A stretch of 51,804 nt of DNA, from positions 2,631,420 through 2,683,223 of the forward strand of contig BFEA01000006.1 of assembly GCA_003427395.1 (NCBI GenBank), in the 5' to 3' direction. Numbering within the stretch: position 1 is the first letter of the stretch; each line of letters starts with the position of its first letter. Position numbers and translations under genes: made by a program. The DNA comes from Chara braunii (lineage: Eukaryota; Plantae; Charophyceae). Below the pieces are notes generated by a model. That model was not told the origin of the DNA. It searched no databases and saw nothing but the letters and a program-made list of their open reading frames with translations. Positions 11,011-24,349 of this stretch are shown here, one piece after another.

Positions 11011-13121
11011 ATGGCACAGAAGAGAGGGATGGCGGGTCCTTCTAGGACAACTCCTGGGAGAGAAGGACGAAAGAAGGTGCAGTTGGTAACAAAGGATTCC
11101 CTAGGGATGCCTATCTACCAAAAAGAGGACAATCTAAGAGTTTTTCTGAGGGAATTTGAGGAGTATGCCTTCAGGAGAGAATGAGGTACTCAGACCATGC
11201 TTCAGCAGGTGGCAGGTTTGGGAGAATGCAACGAGACGATAGATTAAATTACCTCAGATTGTTTGGGGTGGATGACCTTCAAGGCGGATATGTGGGTGAA
11301 GTATGGGGACCTGACAAAAGATGAGATTGAAGATGATATCATCTTCGATGGTACCAACTTGGAGGATTTCGAGGACAATATTAACCTTTGCGCAGAAAAA
11401 AAGAGGTGGGGTGAGAGGAAGAAGATGGAGCACGTAATGAGGAGAATAGCACCAAGGGAATATGAGGCAGTAAAGAAAGTCAGGGAGGAGTCAGATACCT
11501 GGGGGAGTTTTCTTGTCAAAATGAGAAAGGCCTATCCCTTGGAGGTGCAGCGGCAGAAGAAGAAACAACTACTTCAGGAGCAGGGGTTGTGGATGGGCAA
11601 GAGAGGAGAGACGATGGAAAGGAGAGCTCAGAAAGAGAATGGGGGAAGTGACACACCTCCTTAACAGGAAAATGATGAGGTTAGAGCTCAAGGTGGAGAT
11701 GGCTCAATGAGGGAAGACAAAACACGAGGGGAGGAGCACAGTAAGAAGGAAGTGGATGGCCGTGGCAAGGCTAGAAAGGTAAAGAAGGGAAATGAGAAGG
11801 TGAAAGAGGGAAAGGGGAAGGAGAAGGACGATGAGAGGGTTGAAGAAGCAGGACCATCTGAAACTGATGAAAGGCCTACTTTCGATGAGCCCCCAAAAGA
11901 ACAAGGCTCAAGGAGATTGACAGAGGAGGAGAGGCAGAAAAGAGAGGAAGAAAACAAGGAATGGAGGAATCAGACTGTGACTTCGCTAAGAGAAAATGAG
12001 TTGCCTTCAGATGCACCTAGAGCCTGAAACTGGAAAAGATACTACTCTCTGAGATTGTGGTCAGTTCCAAGATAGCCTCTGATGTGAACAGGTTTTTTCG
12101 ATTGCATGAGATGCGAAGGCAGCATTGTGAGTGGCTCCTCGAAGGGAAAGCAGAAGTGACTGGTACGCTGGGAAGAATGAAGGAAGAAAGAAGAAGGGAA
12201 ATGGAGGTCCCCATTCAGAAACTCAAGGAAAGAATAAGGGAAAAGACAGAGTTACTCACGCAAGGGACGCCAAACCATGTCCCTGAGATTCTGAAGGAGA
12301 TTCAGAGGTTGAGAGGAAGGGAAAAAATAAGAGACATGCAGTGGACAAAAGTGGAAAAGGAGATGGAGAGTTTGAAGACTCAGGTGCAAAAAGCGAAAAT
12401 TGAGCAGGGAAAGCTGGAAGTGAAGGTGAAAGCACTAAGCACTGCCCTTGACAGCAAAAGTAAGGAGATTGAGGCAGAAAAAATGGAGAACGGGAGGTTG
12501 GAAAGGGAAGTTGCTAAGTTGGAGGCGAAAGTCAGTGAGCAAGGTAAGGCAATTGAAGCAGAAAAAAACGAAAGGAAGCAGAAAACTGAGAAGTGGAAAA
12601 AGAGATGGAAGGAAGCGGAAGAGACCTGAAAAAAATCAAAGGGGGCTATTCCGGCAAAGATTGAAGTGAAGGATGTTAGAAAGGTTGACAACAGAAGTGA
12701 AAACCCAAGGGTGGAAGGAGGAGAGAAGAGACTTGAGGATAATAGTCAGGACAAGGGGTTGATGGTGGGAATTGTCACTTTACCTGAAAAGAATGCTGGA
12801 GAAACCTCACTGACTGTTAACAGAGTAGAACAGGATAGGAAGAGATGTTACCTTTAGACATTAATCGGGGCAGCATCGCAGGATATTCCATCATCTGCAA
12901 AAAAGAACAAAAGAGGAGGAGAAAAACTATGTTGGTATTATATGAAGGGAGTCCACAGGAGGGATGATTGTCTTGGGTTTCAGACAGATAGGGCCAAGAG
13001 GTTGGTTAGCCTCGATGAGAACAACAGACTCATCAATTGGAGATAAAATTTGATTAAAAGAACCAAGGAAGGGTTCACGGTTCAATTGTATGAGCAGGTG
13101 AGACTCATCTTAGAGGATTAA
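11011..13121 (+). pseudogene. ORF3 downstream of integrase: gag-like protein with two capsid-like repeats, coiled coil and zinc knuckle
   Basis: Repeats PIYQKEDNLRVFLREFEE..WMTFKADMWVKY and IIFDGTNLEDFED..WGSFLVKMRKAY, a charged coiled coil at 12057-12629, and CWYYMKGVHRRDDC near 12930. A splice-acceptor-like tract ends at 10987. Confidence 0.7.
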
Positions 13122-14890
13122 AACAAAACAAGTTTGAAGTTCCTTTCAGAAAAGACATTGTATATTAGAGATTGAGGATAAAGGAGGTAGTGTGGTGAGC
13201 TTGTTACTTAATCTTCTTACGAGCATCAGATAGAGTGTATGCATTTTTTTCACAGTTGCTAGGATTAGGAGATTTTGTAGTAACATGTATGTTCTTCCGA
13301 CTCGACATTTGTACTCTAGTAGTTGAGGATAGATTAGACGTATGATTCATTTTCTCTCTTGAGGCTCTGTGCGTCAGTCTGGATCAGTTTGACATATACT
13401 TTGTATTCAGTTGAGTTTCTTTATCCTAAGTTATTTGCGAGGTATACCTATTGGGAACTTGAATACTTTGCACTTTCACAATTGAGTTGGTCCAGTGTTT
13501 GGTTTTGGTTCATAAAATGTGTACTTTGGATATGTGTACAGTCTATGTTGTCAAATCTTGAACTAGGATGCTTAGAAAAACGCCTAAGTGTTCAAGAGTG
13601 ACAAAATGAAATGAGATTTGCAAAGTTTGAAAGTTGTTTTTCACTTATGATAAGTCATTTTTATGCCTTGTTTATATGATTATTTTTTAAAAAGACCCTA
13701 AAAAGGGGTATGAAAAAGTCGAAGTCATTATGCATCTGAGAAACCTGTGAATCAACGAAATGTATGCTATGAATGAAATGGGTGTTTTCTGTCTTCTGAC
13801 AAGACAAGGGGTCAAACACATACTTTTATACTTTCTTTATGGATATTTTGGTTGACTTTTCTATTGGAAAAAAAATCCCCGAGACGTGTGTCTGTCCAGC
13901 CTGTGATCGAGGTCGGGGAGGCACGACCCCTACGTGGCTCTGACGATGCCCCTCGATCAGAGACAAGTTTTACAATTATGTTCAATAATTCTTATTGATA
14001 TTGTTTCTTTCATAAATACATTCAATGGGGTTGTTCACCCATTTAAAGACAATTGACGAGGGGAGAAAAATTGCATTTGATCAAATTGAATTTCATATGT
14101 GTATTTTTGAAATAATCATCGCTCATCCACTTAAAGAGGTCAGTCTGAGGGACTTAAAATTGCCAAGCCTATGGTGGAAAATTGGCATCGTTGGGACGTA
14201 ACTCCCAACATAGGCTGCTGACCAAGTATAACCAGGCAGCGGGCCTTCCGATTACGGCCTGAGACTAAACTTGAAGGGAGGGACTCCCTAATGATAGTAT
14301 TGGTCCAGGTATATATCGGGGGGATCGAGAGTCAGGTCTAGATATTTTGAAAAGGGGAATTTATCCTGTGTTGCGTAACCAATGCAGGTACCACAATTAA
14401 ATTAACAACATGGTGGGTCACAGATCAGGTCTGATCAACCGACTGTGGTGGGTTGAGACCAAGGTTGTCGATCCCCTCGCATTAGACTTCGGGTGGGACG
14501 GTAAAAACTGACTTAGGTTGAGACCCTCGTCAAAAAGAGTGGGATTCATTTATGATTCCTAACTCTTCAGACACCAAACGAAATCCTGACAAATGAAGTC
14601 TAAAGTTGTGGTGAGAGGCTATCATTATCCTCCTTGGTGACCTCTGTAGCTATAGTACAGATCCAGTATCCCCACTTTGAATCACATGGAATAATTTTTC
14701 TTTGGTATTACAATTTTTCGGATAAGTGGGAGACCCAGGTTAAAATCCTCGCAGTATGGACACACCAAGGGAGACAGTGAGGGTCTTCAAACAACAACTT
14801 CATCCAGAAAATCGGATTTTGACAACTTGTCGCGTTAGAAGGCCTTTTGTTTGCATTTAGATTCCCCAGCGACGGGGACGTCGCTTAATG

Positions 14891-14904
14891 TGGTATGGGA
14901 AGAC
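14891..14904 (+). promoter_or_regulatory. Putative (weak) polypurine tract
   Basis: TGGTATGGGAAGAC lies immediately before the LTR start TGTCGG. Confidence 0.4.
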
Positions 14905-16338
14905 TGTCGGAGCTGATACCCTTACAAGGGTATCCGCTCATGATTTTGCGATCGACACAATGACGATACCAACTGTTAGAACGAAGACGGTTAAGAACAG
15001 AAACTGGGGCAAACCCCTCGACCGTTACGGTCATAAAACTGTAGTAACCGTAAGGGTTAAAACATGACACTCGCGGACAAGAGTCAGGGGCTAAAAATTT
15101 TGAGTGCTCGTCTGCGTTTTCGCAGAGCATGCAAAAACTGCGGAAGTTAATGGATTAAAAAATTGAATGACCGCGACACGCGCAGAGACTGCAAAGTAGT
15201 TAGTAAATAAAACCTCTGACCAAGGTTAGTCAAAACGGGAACGGTCGCCGGGATGCGGCGACGATTTTTCTCAGTTAGTTGATGACTGAGAAAGTATGAC
15301 TCAATCCGTAGACGTCGAGTATATCGGGAAAGCGAGACGGCAAAACCGCTCCCCGCAGACTAAAATATAGGTGGAAATTAATAAAGGCCCCGGCCATGCG
15401 ACCGGGGCGACTAGAAAGGAGGGGCCTAGCCTATTGTAACAGATTGCGGTGGCCAACGGAGGCCTGGGTTTCTCCTACGGTGGACTGCGGGCCTTATGAA
15501 CTGACTAGACTGGACCCTGTACTCTACTTAGGGTGAATTAGCTCCTAGTAGAATTGAACTAGGAGCTAGCCCAGTAGGTACAGGCACAGACTCATACACA
15601 AGGGATCTTGGGATTGAGCCCGACCTGCCTTCGGACTAGCTCTTTTTGTTAGCTGTAGGGGGCGGGGCCTGCCTTTTTCCGCCCGCCCTCAGATGGGCGG
15701 GATTCGAACTCGTGACTTCGGGATTGAAAACAGATACGACTATACCCCGTTGTGACATTTGCCACGACGGGGTGGTTAGGAGTTAGATCCTTTTGTTTTT
15801 TTCTTTTACTTTTCTTTTAGTTAGATTTTGTTATTTTGCTAGATTTCCTTCCTTTTAGTTTATCGAGCCCCATGATTTCTCTGTGGGTTCACTTTCACGA
15901 ATACACATCCAAATATGAGATAGATTCGGCCTGGTAGCTCAACCGACCAAGGTCTCGGAAAGCTCGGCCACTAAGGGATACATCGCGGCGTCACGAAGAC
16001 CCGGCTCGAGGGAGAACGAACTGAGAGCGTGGGGGAAGAAAAGAAAAGCGCTCGGAGGCGAGAGGGAGATATCGCGAGTAAGCCAGAGAGCGGGAGATTC
16101 GCGAGGAAGGAGAAAATAAGGAGAAGAAGGAGAGGGAGAAGAAGAACTAGGAGAAGAAAGGAGAAGAAGGTAACGCCTACCGGATCGGGTGGACTGTCGC
16201 TTGCGGAAACGACTGCGGAAGCTACCACGGAAACAACGGTCACGACGACGACAACGAGGGAAGAGAGGGAGAAGGTGAAGAGGAAGAGGGAGAAGCAAGG
16301 TGGGGGAGTAGCGAAGTAACCGCGCGGAGGGAAAACAA
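14905..16338 (+). mobile_element. 5' part of the 3' LTR of element 1 (runs into gap)
   Basis: Starts TGTCGGAGCTGATACCCTTACAAGGGTATC, homologous to the LTR start at 50978. Both also share TAGCTCCT..AGGAGCTAGCCCAGTAGGTAC. TGTCG is the inverted match of the CGACA end at 28138. Confidence 0.8.
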
Positions 16339-17107
16339 NNNNNNNNNNNNNNNNNNNNNNNNNNNNNNNNNNNNNNNNNNNNNNNNNNNNNNNNNNNNNN
16401 NNNNNNNNNNNNNNNNNNNNNNNNNNNNNNNNNNNNNNNNNNNNNNNNNNNNNNNNNNNNNNNNNNNNNNNNNNNNNNNNNNNNNNNNNNNNNNNNNNNN
16501 NNNNNNNNNNNNNNNNNNNNNNNNNNNNNNNNNNNNNNNNNNNNNNNNNNNNNNNNNNNNNNNNNNNNNNNNNNNNNNNNNNNNNNNNNNNNNNNNNNNN
16601 NNNNNNNNNNNNNNNNNNNNNNNNNNNNNNNNNNNNNNNNNNNNNNNNNNNNNNNNNNNNNNNNNNNNNNNNNNNNNNNNNNNNNNNNNNNNNNNNNNNN
16701 NNNNNNNNNNNNNNNNNNNNNNNNNNNNNNNNNNNNNNNNNNNNNNNNNNNNNNNNNNNNNNNNNNNNNNNNNNNNNNNNNNNNNNNNNNNNNNNNNNNN
16801 NNNNNNNNNNNNNNNNNNNNNNNNNNNNNNNNNNNNNNNNNNNNNNNNNNNNNNNNNNNNNNNNNNNNNNNNNNNNNNNNNNNNNNNNNNNNNNNNNNNN
16901 NNNNNNNNNNNNNNNNNNNNNNNNNNNNNNNNNNNNNNNNNNNNNNNNNNNNNNNNNNNNNNNNNNNNNNNNNNNNNNNNNNNNNNNNNNNNNNNNNNNN
17001 NNNNNNNNNNNNNNNNNNNNNNNNNNNNNNNNNNNNNNNNNNNNNNNNNNNNNNNNNNNNNNNNNNNNNNNNNNNNNNNNNNNNNNNNNNNNNNNNNNNN
17101 NNNNNNN
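16339..17107. other. Assembly gap
   Basis: Run of N. Confidence 1.
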
Positions 17108-17129
17108 GAGAGAGAGAGAGAGAGACGAT

Positions 17130-17426
17130 AAGCCTCCAACCTTGGCCAACAGCTAAGTCTCCAACCCGCGCATCGCCGCACGGTACTTGAATCGACAGAG
17201 TGAGCGAATCAAAAAGTGGCCGTGTAAATTTCCACGTTTCAGCGGACGATTCATTCCGTTTTTGCTCTTCCTATCGATGAAATGTGTGTGTGTAAGACGT
17301 TCATGATTCGACCAAGGAGTGAAAAAGAGAGGGTAAGTAGGTGTGTGAGAGGGAGAGAAAAAGGGAGAGAAGGAGACAACAGACGAGAGGCCGTGATGAA
17401 CTGTTTCGACGGAATTTCACGGACTC
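17130..17426 (-). mobile_element. Truncated, decayed relative of the hammerhead element at 35277-35929
   Basis: The minus strand reads GAGTCCGTGAAATTCCGTCGAAACAGTTCATCACGGCCTCTCGTCTGTTGTC, matching 35401-35452. The CTGAT core is replaced by a (TG)n run. Confidence 0.75.
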
Positions 17427-17855
17427 CGCACACACACACACACAATCAGAGAGAAAGAGGGTTCGTGAATCGATGGCACATGGTGGTCCTGGGTGCATCT
17501 GGTATCTGTGTGAAGGGGAACAAGGTTGAGAGTGATGCAAGGGACATACTTGGTGCTTGAGGCGCCAGTATTGTCCGAGATCTGCACGTGCTTCCGGAAA
17601 CTGTTGACGTCACATGCGGCATGGTAGATAGGCTAGTTAGGATCTGTCATCTGTAGTCTGGGCGCCGAGCGCCTGATAGGAAAGCGACACTGGTGCTGTG
17701 TTAATGATGAAGATATTGTGCCGACGTAGTTGACTGAGAACCTTTGCTTGGTGGAATTGTAATATAAATCCACCTTTTTTCAAGATCACGACTATTTAGG
17801 CATGTTTACATAATGATGTTTAAGTTATGAGACTCGCATTTGCTTACCTTCCTTG

Positions 17856-18183
<328 letters not shown>

Positions 18184-18528
18184 AGAAGAAGGGGTGCGTA
18201 GTGAATCCTGGGTGTTTGTGGCATTTTGTATGTTGGGAATAATAAGACTTACCTGGTATAAGAAGCTTGCGGCACTGACAGCTATCTGTTCCTAATTCGG
18301 GAAGTTGTTGATGTCATCGTCTGCATTGTAGAACTAAGCTAGGTAGGATCCGTAATCAGTACTAGGAGCACCGAATGTCGGATAAGTTATCGACATTGGT
18401 TCTGCATTAATGATAATGAGATTACTACTATATTGTCAACTCTGAGCTATTGACGTATTTTGAGACAGAGTCACAACTGTCAGAGTCGTACGAGTATGAT
18501 GTCGCTTGGTTTCTGAAAGAAGTAGTTG

Positions 18529-18584
<56 letters not shown>

Positions 18585-18589
18585 TAGTA

Positions 18590-20013
18590 CTGTGTAACCG
18601 GGTGAACGCGCTGAACGCGCGTTCACGTTCAAACGCGCGCGTTCATACCCCCCCCGGGCCGCGTTCATTCACGTTCAAACGCGTTGCGCGCCACTTGGCA
18701 CGAAACAACTGAACGCAACCCCACGGGGGCACACGCGCACATTACGGACTAGCGGGTGGTGGGCATTGTTCTACGAACCGCGAAACTGCAAAAAAAAATA
18801 AAACCAGAAGCCTACCCCCCTTACCGCATCACACCCACAATATATAAAAGTTCCTTTTTTTTTTTTTAGTGGGTGGGGGAATCCCCCTAACGCGGCTCAG
18901 ACAGCCCATGCAGGCCGTCTGAAGGGTCCGCGCAACCATGTAGCGCAGACCCCCCCATCAAAATCGAGGCAGGAGTGAATATGAAATTGAGCACGAGCTG
19001 GCCGAATATATACCTGAGATTAGAATTCAGGTCTGTGCTTCAGCCGTTATGGGTTGCTCACATAGCTAGGGCCTGTTGGTCTGTGCACGTGACTCTTAGG
19101 GCTTGGCTGCACTACTTACCAAATGTGCAGATGAATCTTCTTCAGAACATGGCATAATTCACCGCCATATATTTTGTCTTTTGTTCTTATGGTGAGTAGA
19201 GGCCCTTAGGGCCACTGCACTTATTCCTAAGAAAAGAAAAACGAGAAATTTCTCATTTTGATTTTTTTGTGGTTTTTCTTTTTTATCATTTCTCATTTTT
19301 CTTGTTTTTCTTTTTTTCTCGTTTTTCTTTTCTTAGGAATACATGCAGTGGCCCTAAGGGCCTCTACTCACCACAAGCACAAAAGACAAAATATATGGCG
19401 GTGAATTATTCCATGTTCTGAAGAAGATTTAGTCTAGTTTTGCACATTTGGTGAGTAGTGCAGCCAAGCCCTAAGAGTCACGTGCAGAGACCAACACGCC
19501 CTAGCTACGTGAGCAACCCATAACTGCTGAAGCACAGACCTAAATTCTAATCTCAGGTATATATTCGACCAGCTCGTGCTCAATTTCATATTCACTCCAG
19601 CCTCGATTTTGGTGGGGGGGTCTGCGCTACATGGCTGCGCGGACCCTTCAGATAGCCTGCATGGGCTGTCTGAGTTGTGTTAGGGGGATTCCCCCACACC
19701 CTCGAAAAAAAAAAAGACCTTTAACACACACGCACACACACACACACACACTGTTTTTTTTTTTTTTTTTTTTTCCCGTTTCACTTGGGGCTTTGGCCCA
19801 CAGCCCCCCCAAGCACCGCCGCCGCTCCCCACACTGCCCACAGCCCCCCCAAGCGCCTTCGCCGCTCCCCACACTGCCCAAAGCAACCCCACACCCCGCC
19901 CGCCCCCCTGCGAGAACTCGTCAAATGCGTTCACACGCGTTCAGTGAATGCGCATTCATTGCGCTCATACCTTGAACGCGAAACCCGCGTTCAATGAACA
20001 CGCGGTAACATAG
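18590..20013. mobile_element. Non-autonomous foldback/MITE-like DNA element inserted in (ATT)n
   Basis: Termini CTGTGTAACCG...CGGTAACATAG are flanked by TA on both sides. Internal inverted arms of ~370 bp lie at ~18876-19247 and ~19315-19695. Confidence 0.75.
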
Positions 20014-20016
20014 TAC

Positions 20017-20047
<31 letters not shown>

Positions 20048-22294
20048 GCTTGCAGATCAGACACAACTTTCTTTCTCTCTTCACGTGCGTGCAAACAACC
20101 TTCACACCAAACGGCGACAAGCACCCAAACACAAAGCTTGGAGATATGGCTAATAAGAACGTGGATCGATCTGAGCGCGAGCTTAGAATCACCAAGGATT
20201 CCCAACACACACCTCTCCGCATATTCCACGCACACATCCACGCGCTGCATTCTACCTACAGCTAAGGTCGCTATGACCGCTGCTATCACTACCCTATGGC
20301 CACACTCTTCGTCTCACTCACTTCAACTTCGGGCCCACTGCAGACCACCTAGCACTAGTCGATCAAGCAATATTTCGGCATGGCTAACATAGGAATGAAT
20401 AAAAGACCAGACGCTGCCTCTTGATTTATAATTCCGTAGCTCGTCGATCTGCCCCTCTTCCCAAGCCAGTGCACGTGGTCCCGCGTGGTACTTGCTGACT
20501 GGGCTGAGTGGGGTTGAGGTTGTGTACTGCTTACTCAGCAAGGGGGAGGGGGGGACAAGCGAACATGCGAACAAAGTATAGGCGATGACCTGCATTTGTC
20601 GGCACCTTCAAGTGCTTCGTTGGCTGTTGAAGTAAAAGGGTGCATTGTCTGTTAGCAGGCAGATTTTAGTTGTGTAAGGAGTAGGTTGGACACCAAGTGC
20701 CAAGGGGGAGAGGCTGGATATATATGTTGGTAGTAGCGAGAGCAAGCATTCACAGACCGTCAATTTTCATTGTTACGATTTCTATTGATGACTATATTGG
20801 TGCAGTGCTGCTTTCTGGATACTGTGGCACAGTATGGCTTTCTATGCGAGTGTGCAGTCTGTATAGTGTTATCTCGCTATGGCTAAAAAAAAAGAGAAAA
20901 CGATAAAGGATGAGAGAGGAGAAAAGAGGGACAGACCAACAAACAGAGCAGGCAGACAACCACAGACATGGAAACAGTCAGCCATAGCCAGACGTACAGG
21001 TAGTCGGACAGCAACAGACAAACAGATACTCAACAGACTTACATACACGAACAAAGGGAAGAACTCATAAACGGTCAGTGGAAGACCGACAGGCAAGATA
21101 AAAACACACAGGCACAGACAAACAAAACAGGCAAACAGACACTTACGAACAAATAGACAGATAAAGAAAGAGGGAGACGTATCGCGCGATAGTCTACGAA
21201 AATCGATAGCTTCATGTACTTTAGCTCTACTGCTGGCGTCATCAGTTGGATTGTCAATTAGTAGGATGGCAGGTGTTATGTAGTGGTCTGGACACTTAGG
21301 TTGGTAGAGGCAAAAGTATGCTCTTACTAGCATTTAGGGTCGGTTCTTTGGTTCTCAATCAGTGTGATATCAGCTCCGCTCCACCTTCCGGACGGTATTG
21401 GAATTCTTGATTGTCAATAAGCTTCGACAATATGGAATCTGTTATTTTTGCCCCTGCCATTGCCATTCTATAACTATTATTACCATTATTATTATTAGTA
21501 TTGTTACTATTATTACTATTATTAACATTTCAGTAGTCATAATCTCGACAAACATCGTGCTGCCCGAAGAGAAGGCAAACCTAAATATCCTCAAGAAGCC
21601 CTACCACCTCTACATTTCCTGATGTAGGGCTCAAATAAGTGGCTGCCGGTTAGTTGGCTGAAGTGTTGTTTGTACTTCACCCTGGGCTCTCCCAGAAGAA
21701 GTAATTGCATCAGGTACATGAACCTAGGACGTGGGATTGGTGCGTCCAGGGCACACGTAGCATGAGGCCGACACGTTATGAAGTGGTCGCGAAGTACTGA
21801 GGAAGCAATGTTATCGCCTGCATCCACGTCTGGGCATTGAGTGGCGTAGGACGCAGCTGAACAGGGGGATAGCAGGCAACCATAGCCGGGCGGGCCTGCC
21901 CGTAACTAGCTAGGGCACATATCCTTGGGTACACACGACATCTGTATGGGAGGATCGAGGTTGTGAATGGTACGAGATACTCACCTGGTGTTTGAGGCGA
22001 TCGACATTGGCGGAGATCTGCTCGTATCACAACAGAGTTATTGTCGTCGTTTTCGGCATTAGGCGAGATATGATCAGTAGTCTGAGTGTCGAGCGCCAGA
22101 TAGGATATCAACTTTGGTTCTTCGTTGATGATGATGGGACTATTTCAGCATTGTCAATTATGAACTCTTGGTGTATTCCTATTTGGTGAATCTCGTGATA
22201 CAATTCTGCTGTTGGTTCAAGGTCAAGGCTATCTGGTCTCATATGCATGGTGCTGGTTGATTGCCGAGGTTCGCTATTGCTCATTTTATTTTAT

Positions 22295-22361
<67 letters not shown>

Positions 22362-23519
22362 GTTTTATTATTATTATCTGATATTGCAGTCAGACTCGTC
22401 CTCGTTCACACTTTCATGCATGTAAACAGTAGTGCAGCAAACTGGCGACATTCGCCTACACAAAACTCAGAGATATAGCATCCAGATACGAGTTCGCCTT
22501 CAACTGGCTATGGCGACTCAGTGACAAAACAACTCACTGTTCGCACACACAAGATCACCCTGGATTACACACACGCTGCTCGCTACAAGCGTACACACAC
22601 TGCACTACACCTGCAGCCCTGACGGCTACGGCCGCAGTCACCACCTGCAGGTATGGTTATACTACCATCTTCAGCTATAGGCACATTTGCACACGCCCGG
22701 AGTCGAAGTGGGTATGAAGGACGGCAGAGCAGACATAGCTACCAGTAGTGTTGGGATCAGCAAGCAGCCATAGCTACGTTGGGGTAGAGTAGTGTTCAGT
22801 AGGTGTGTGTATGCATCTACAGTGAGTGTGTGTGTGCACGTGGGATATCCAGGGAGATCTCGTGATGTGTGCATATGTATGTAAGAGAGAAACACGACAG
22901 CGATAGATGACAACAGATAGACAAACAGAAAACAAACGGCAGACGGACATACACGAAACAGACTTACAAACACAGACAGAGAAACGAATATACAGATAGA
23001 TAGTGGTGGCCGGACATACAAAACAGAGACAGACGGACACAGGCAGTCAAGACAAACGTACAGAAGTTGGCAACCAGAAACACAGACACGGTGGTATACG
23101 CAGATACACGGCGACACGCACTGATACTCAGCGGCGCAAAGAGAGAGAGATGTATACAAAGAGGGAAAGAGAGATAGAGGTAAGGACGAGGGTGTCACGA
23201 AAGGCATACCTGATCCTGGCGGTGGCCGACTGGGGTCAACATCTTCAGGATCTACCGGTAGCGAGAGTAGCTGCATGTCCGACTCATTGGCTGATAGTGG
23301 ACTGTGTGTACGTGGTCTGACCATGGTGCACCAATTAAGAGAGAGGCTCTTGGTACCTGCGTTGGCAATGAATGGAAGCATTTTCTTACCGACACCCGGG
23401 CTAAGTGGTTTGATTCTCTGTCGGTGGAATACCAGTGTATTACTGTCATCTGGACTGTAACAGTCTTCCAGACTCTCAATGTAATGTTAACATCTGAAAT
23501 CTATTACTTCATTCTCATA

Positions 23520-23565
<46 letters not shown>

Positions 23566-24349
23566 GTGAGGATCAAGCCCTCAAGTGGCCCTATCAGACA
23601 TCACATTGTTCTGGGTCAAGGCCCCAGCAAGTTAAATGCCCGTCCTAAGTGAAAGCGGGCCTGAATATTCATCTCAAGCCCAATTTGAAATTTCCGTATG
23701 TAGGTATTTAAGCTCCTGCAGCACATCAGTTGGTTGGGTGAACGCGCGAGCCTCACTAAGCTGCACCGTACAGTTGGCCCAGGCCACGAAAGTTGTGTCT
23801 GGGCACCTACATACAAAACAGGGCAGCAGGGCGTAGGCGGCCATAGCCAGGCTGCTGGGCGCCAGGGGGTACAGCGGATGATCGGGTGGTCTTTAGGGAG
23901 TAAGGCGTTGTGTGGGATAATGAAGGTCTGATTGAGGGTGACAAGATACGTACCCGGTACATGAAAGAGAGGTCGCTGATGATATGGAAAGACATGTGAA
24001 CTGAAGTGATCATGTTGTGTGAACCAGCTGTAGCGTAGGATAGTATGGTAGAGTAGGCTAGGCGTTGTGCGCCAGACAGAGAAAGCGACTCTGGATACTG
24101 TGTTGGTATGGCCTGCTGGTTTGGACATTGGCTCATTACTTCATTATATTGCTCTATTTTGGATAGATACTCAATGCATGTGCACCCTATACTCATGCAT
24201 GTTTAAATTAGGCATCTTTTTTATTTTGCAGTTTGGCTTTTTATAAATACATACCTTGCATTATTATTATTATTATTATTACTATTATTATTATTGTTGC
24301 TGTTGTTGTTGTTATTTATTGATTATTAAGTAATTGTGTTTAATTTTTA

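Noticed and set aside
11011-13121. env gene
   Set aside because: No signal peptide or transmembrane segment; the motifs resemble gag instead.
15690-15750. Functional tRNA gene (also 51720-51795)
   Set aside because: Only T-arm/B-box-like parts are present, with no complete cloverleaf or clear anticodon arm.
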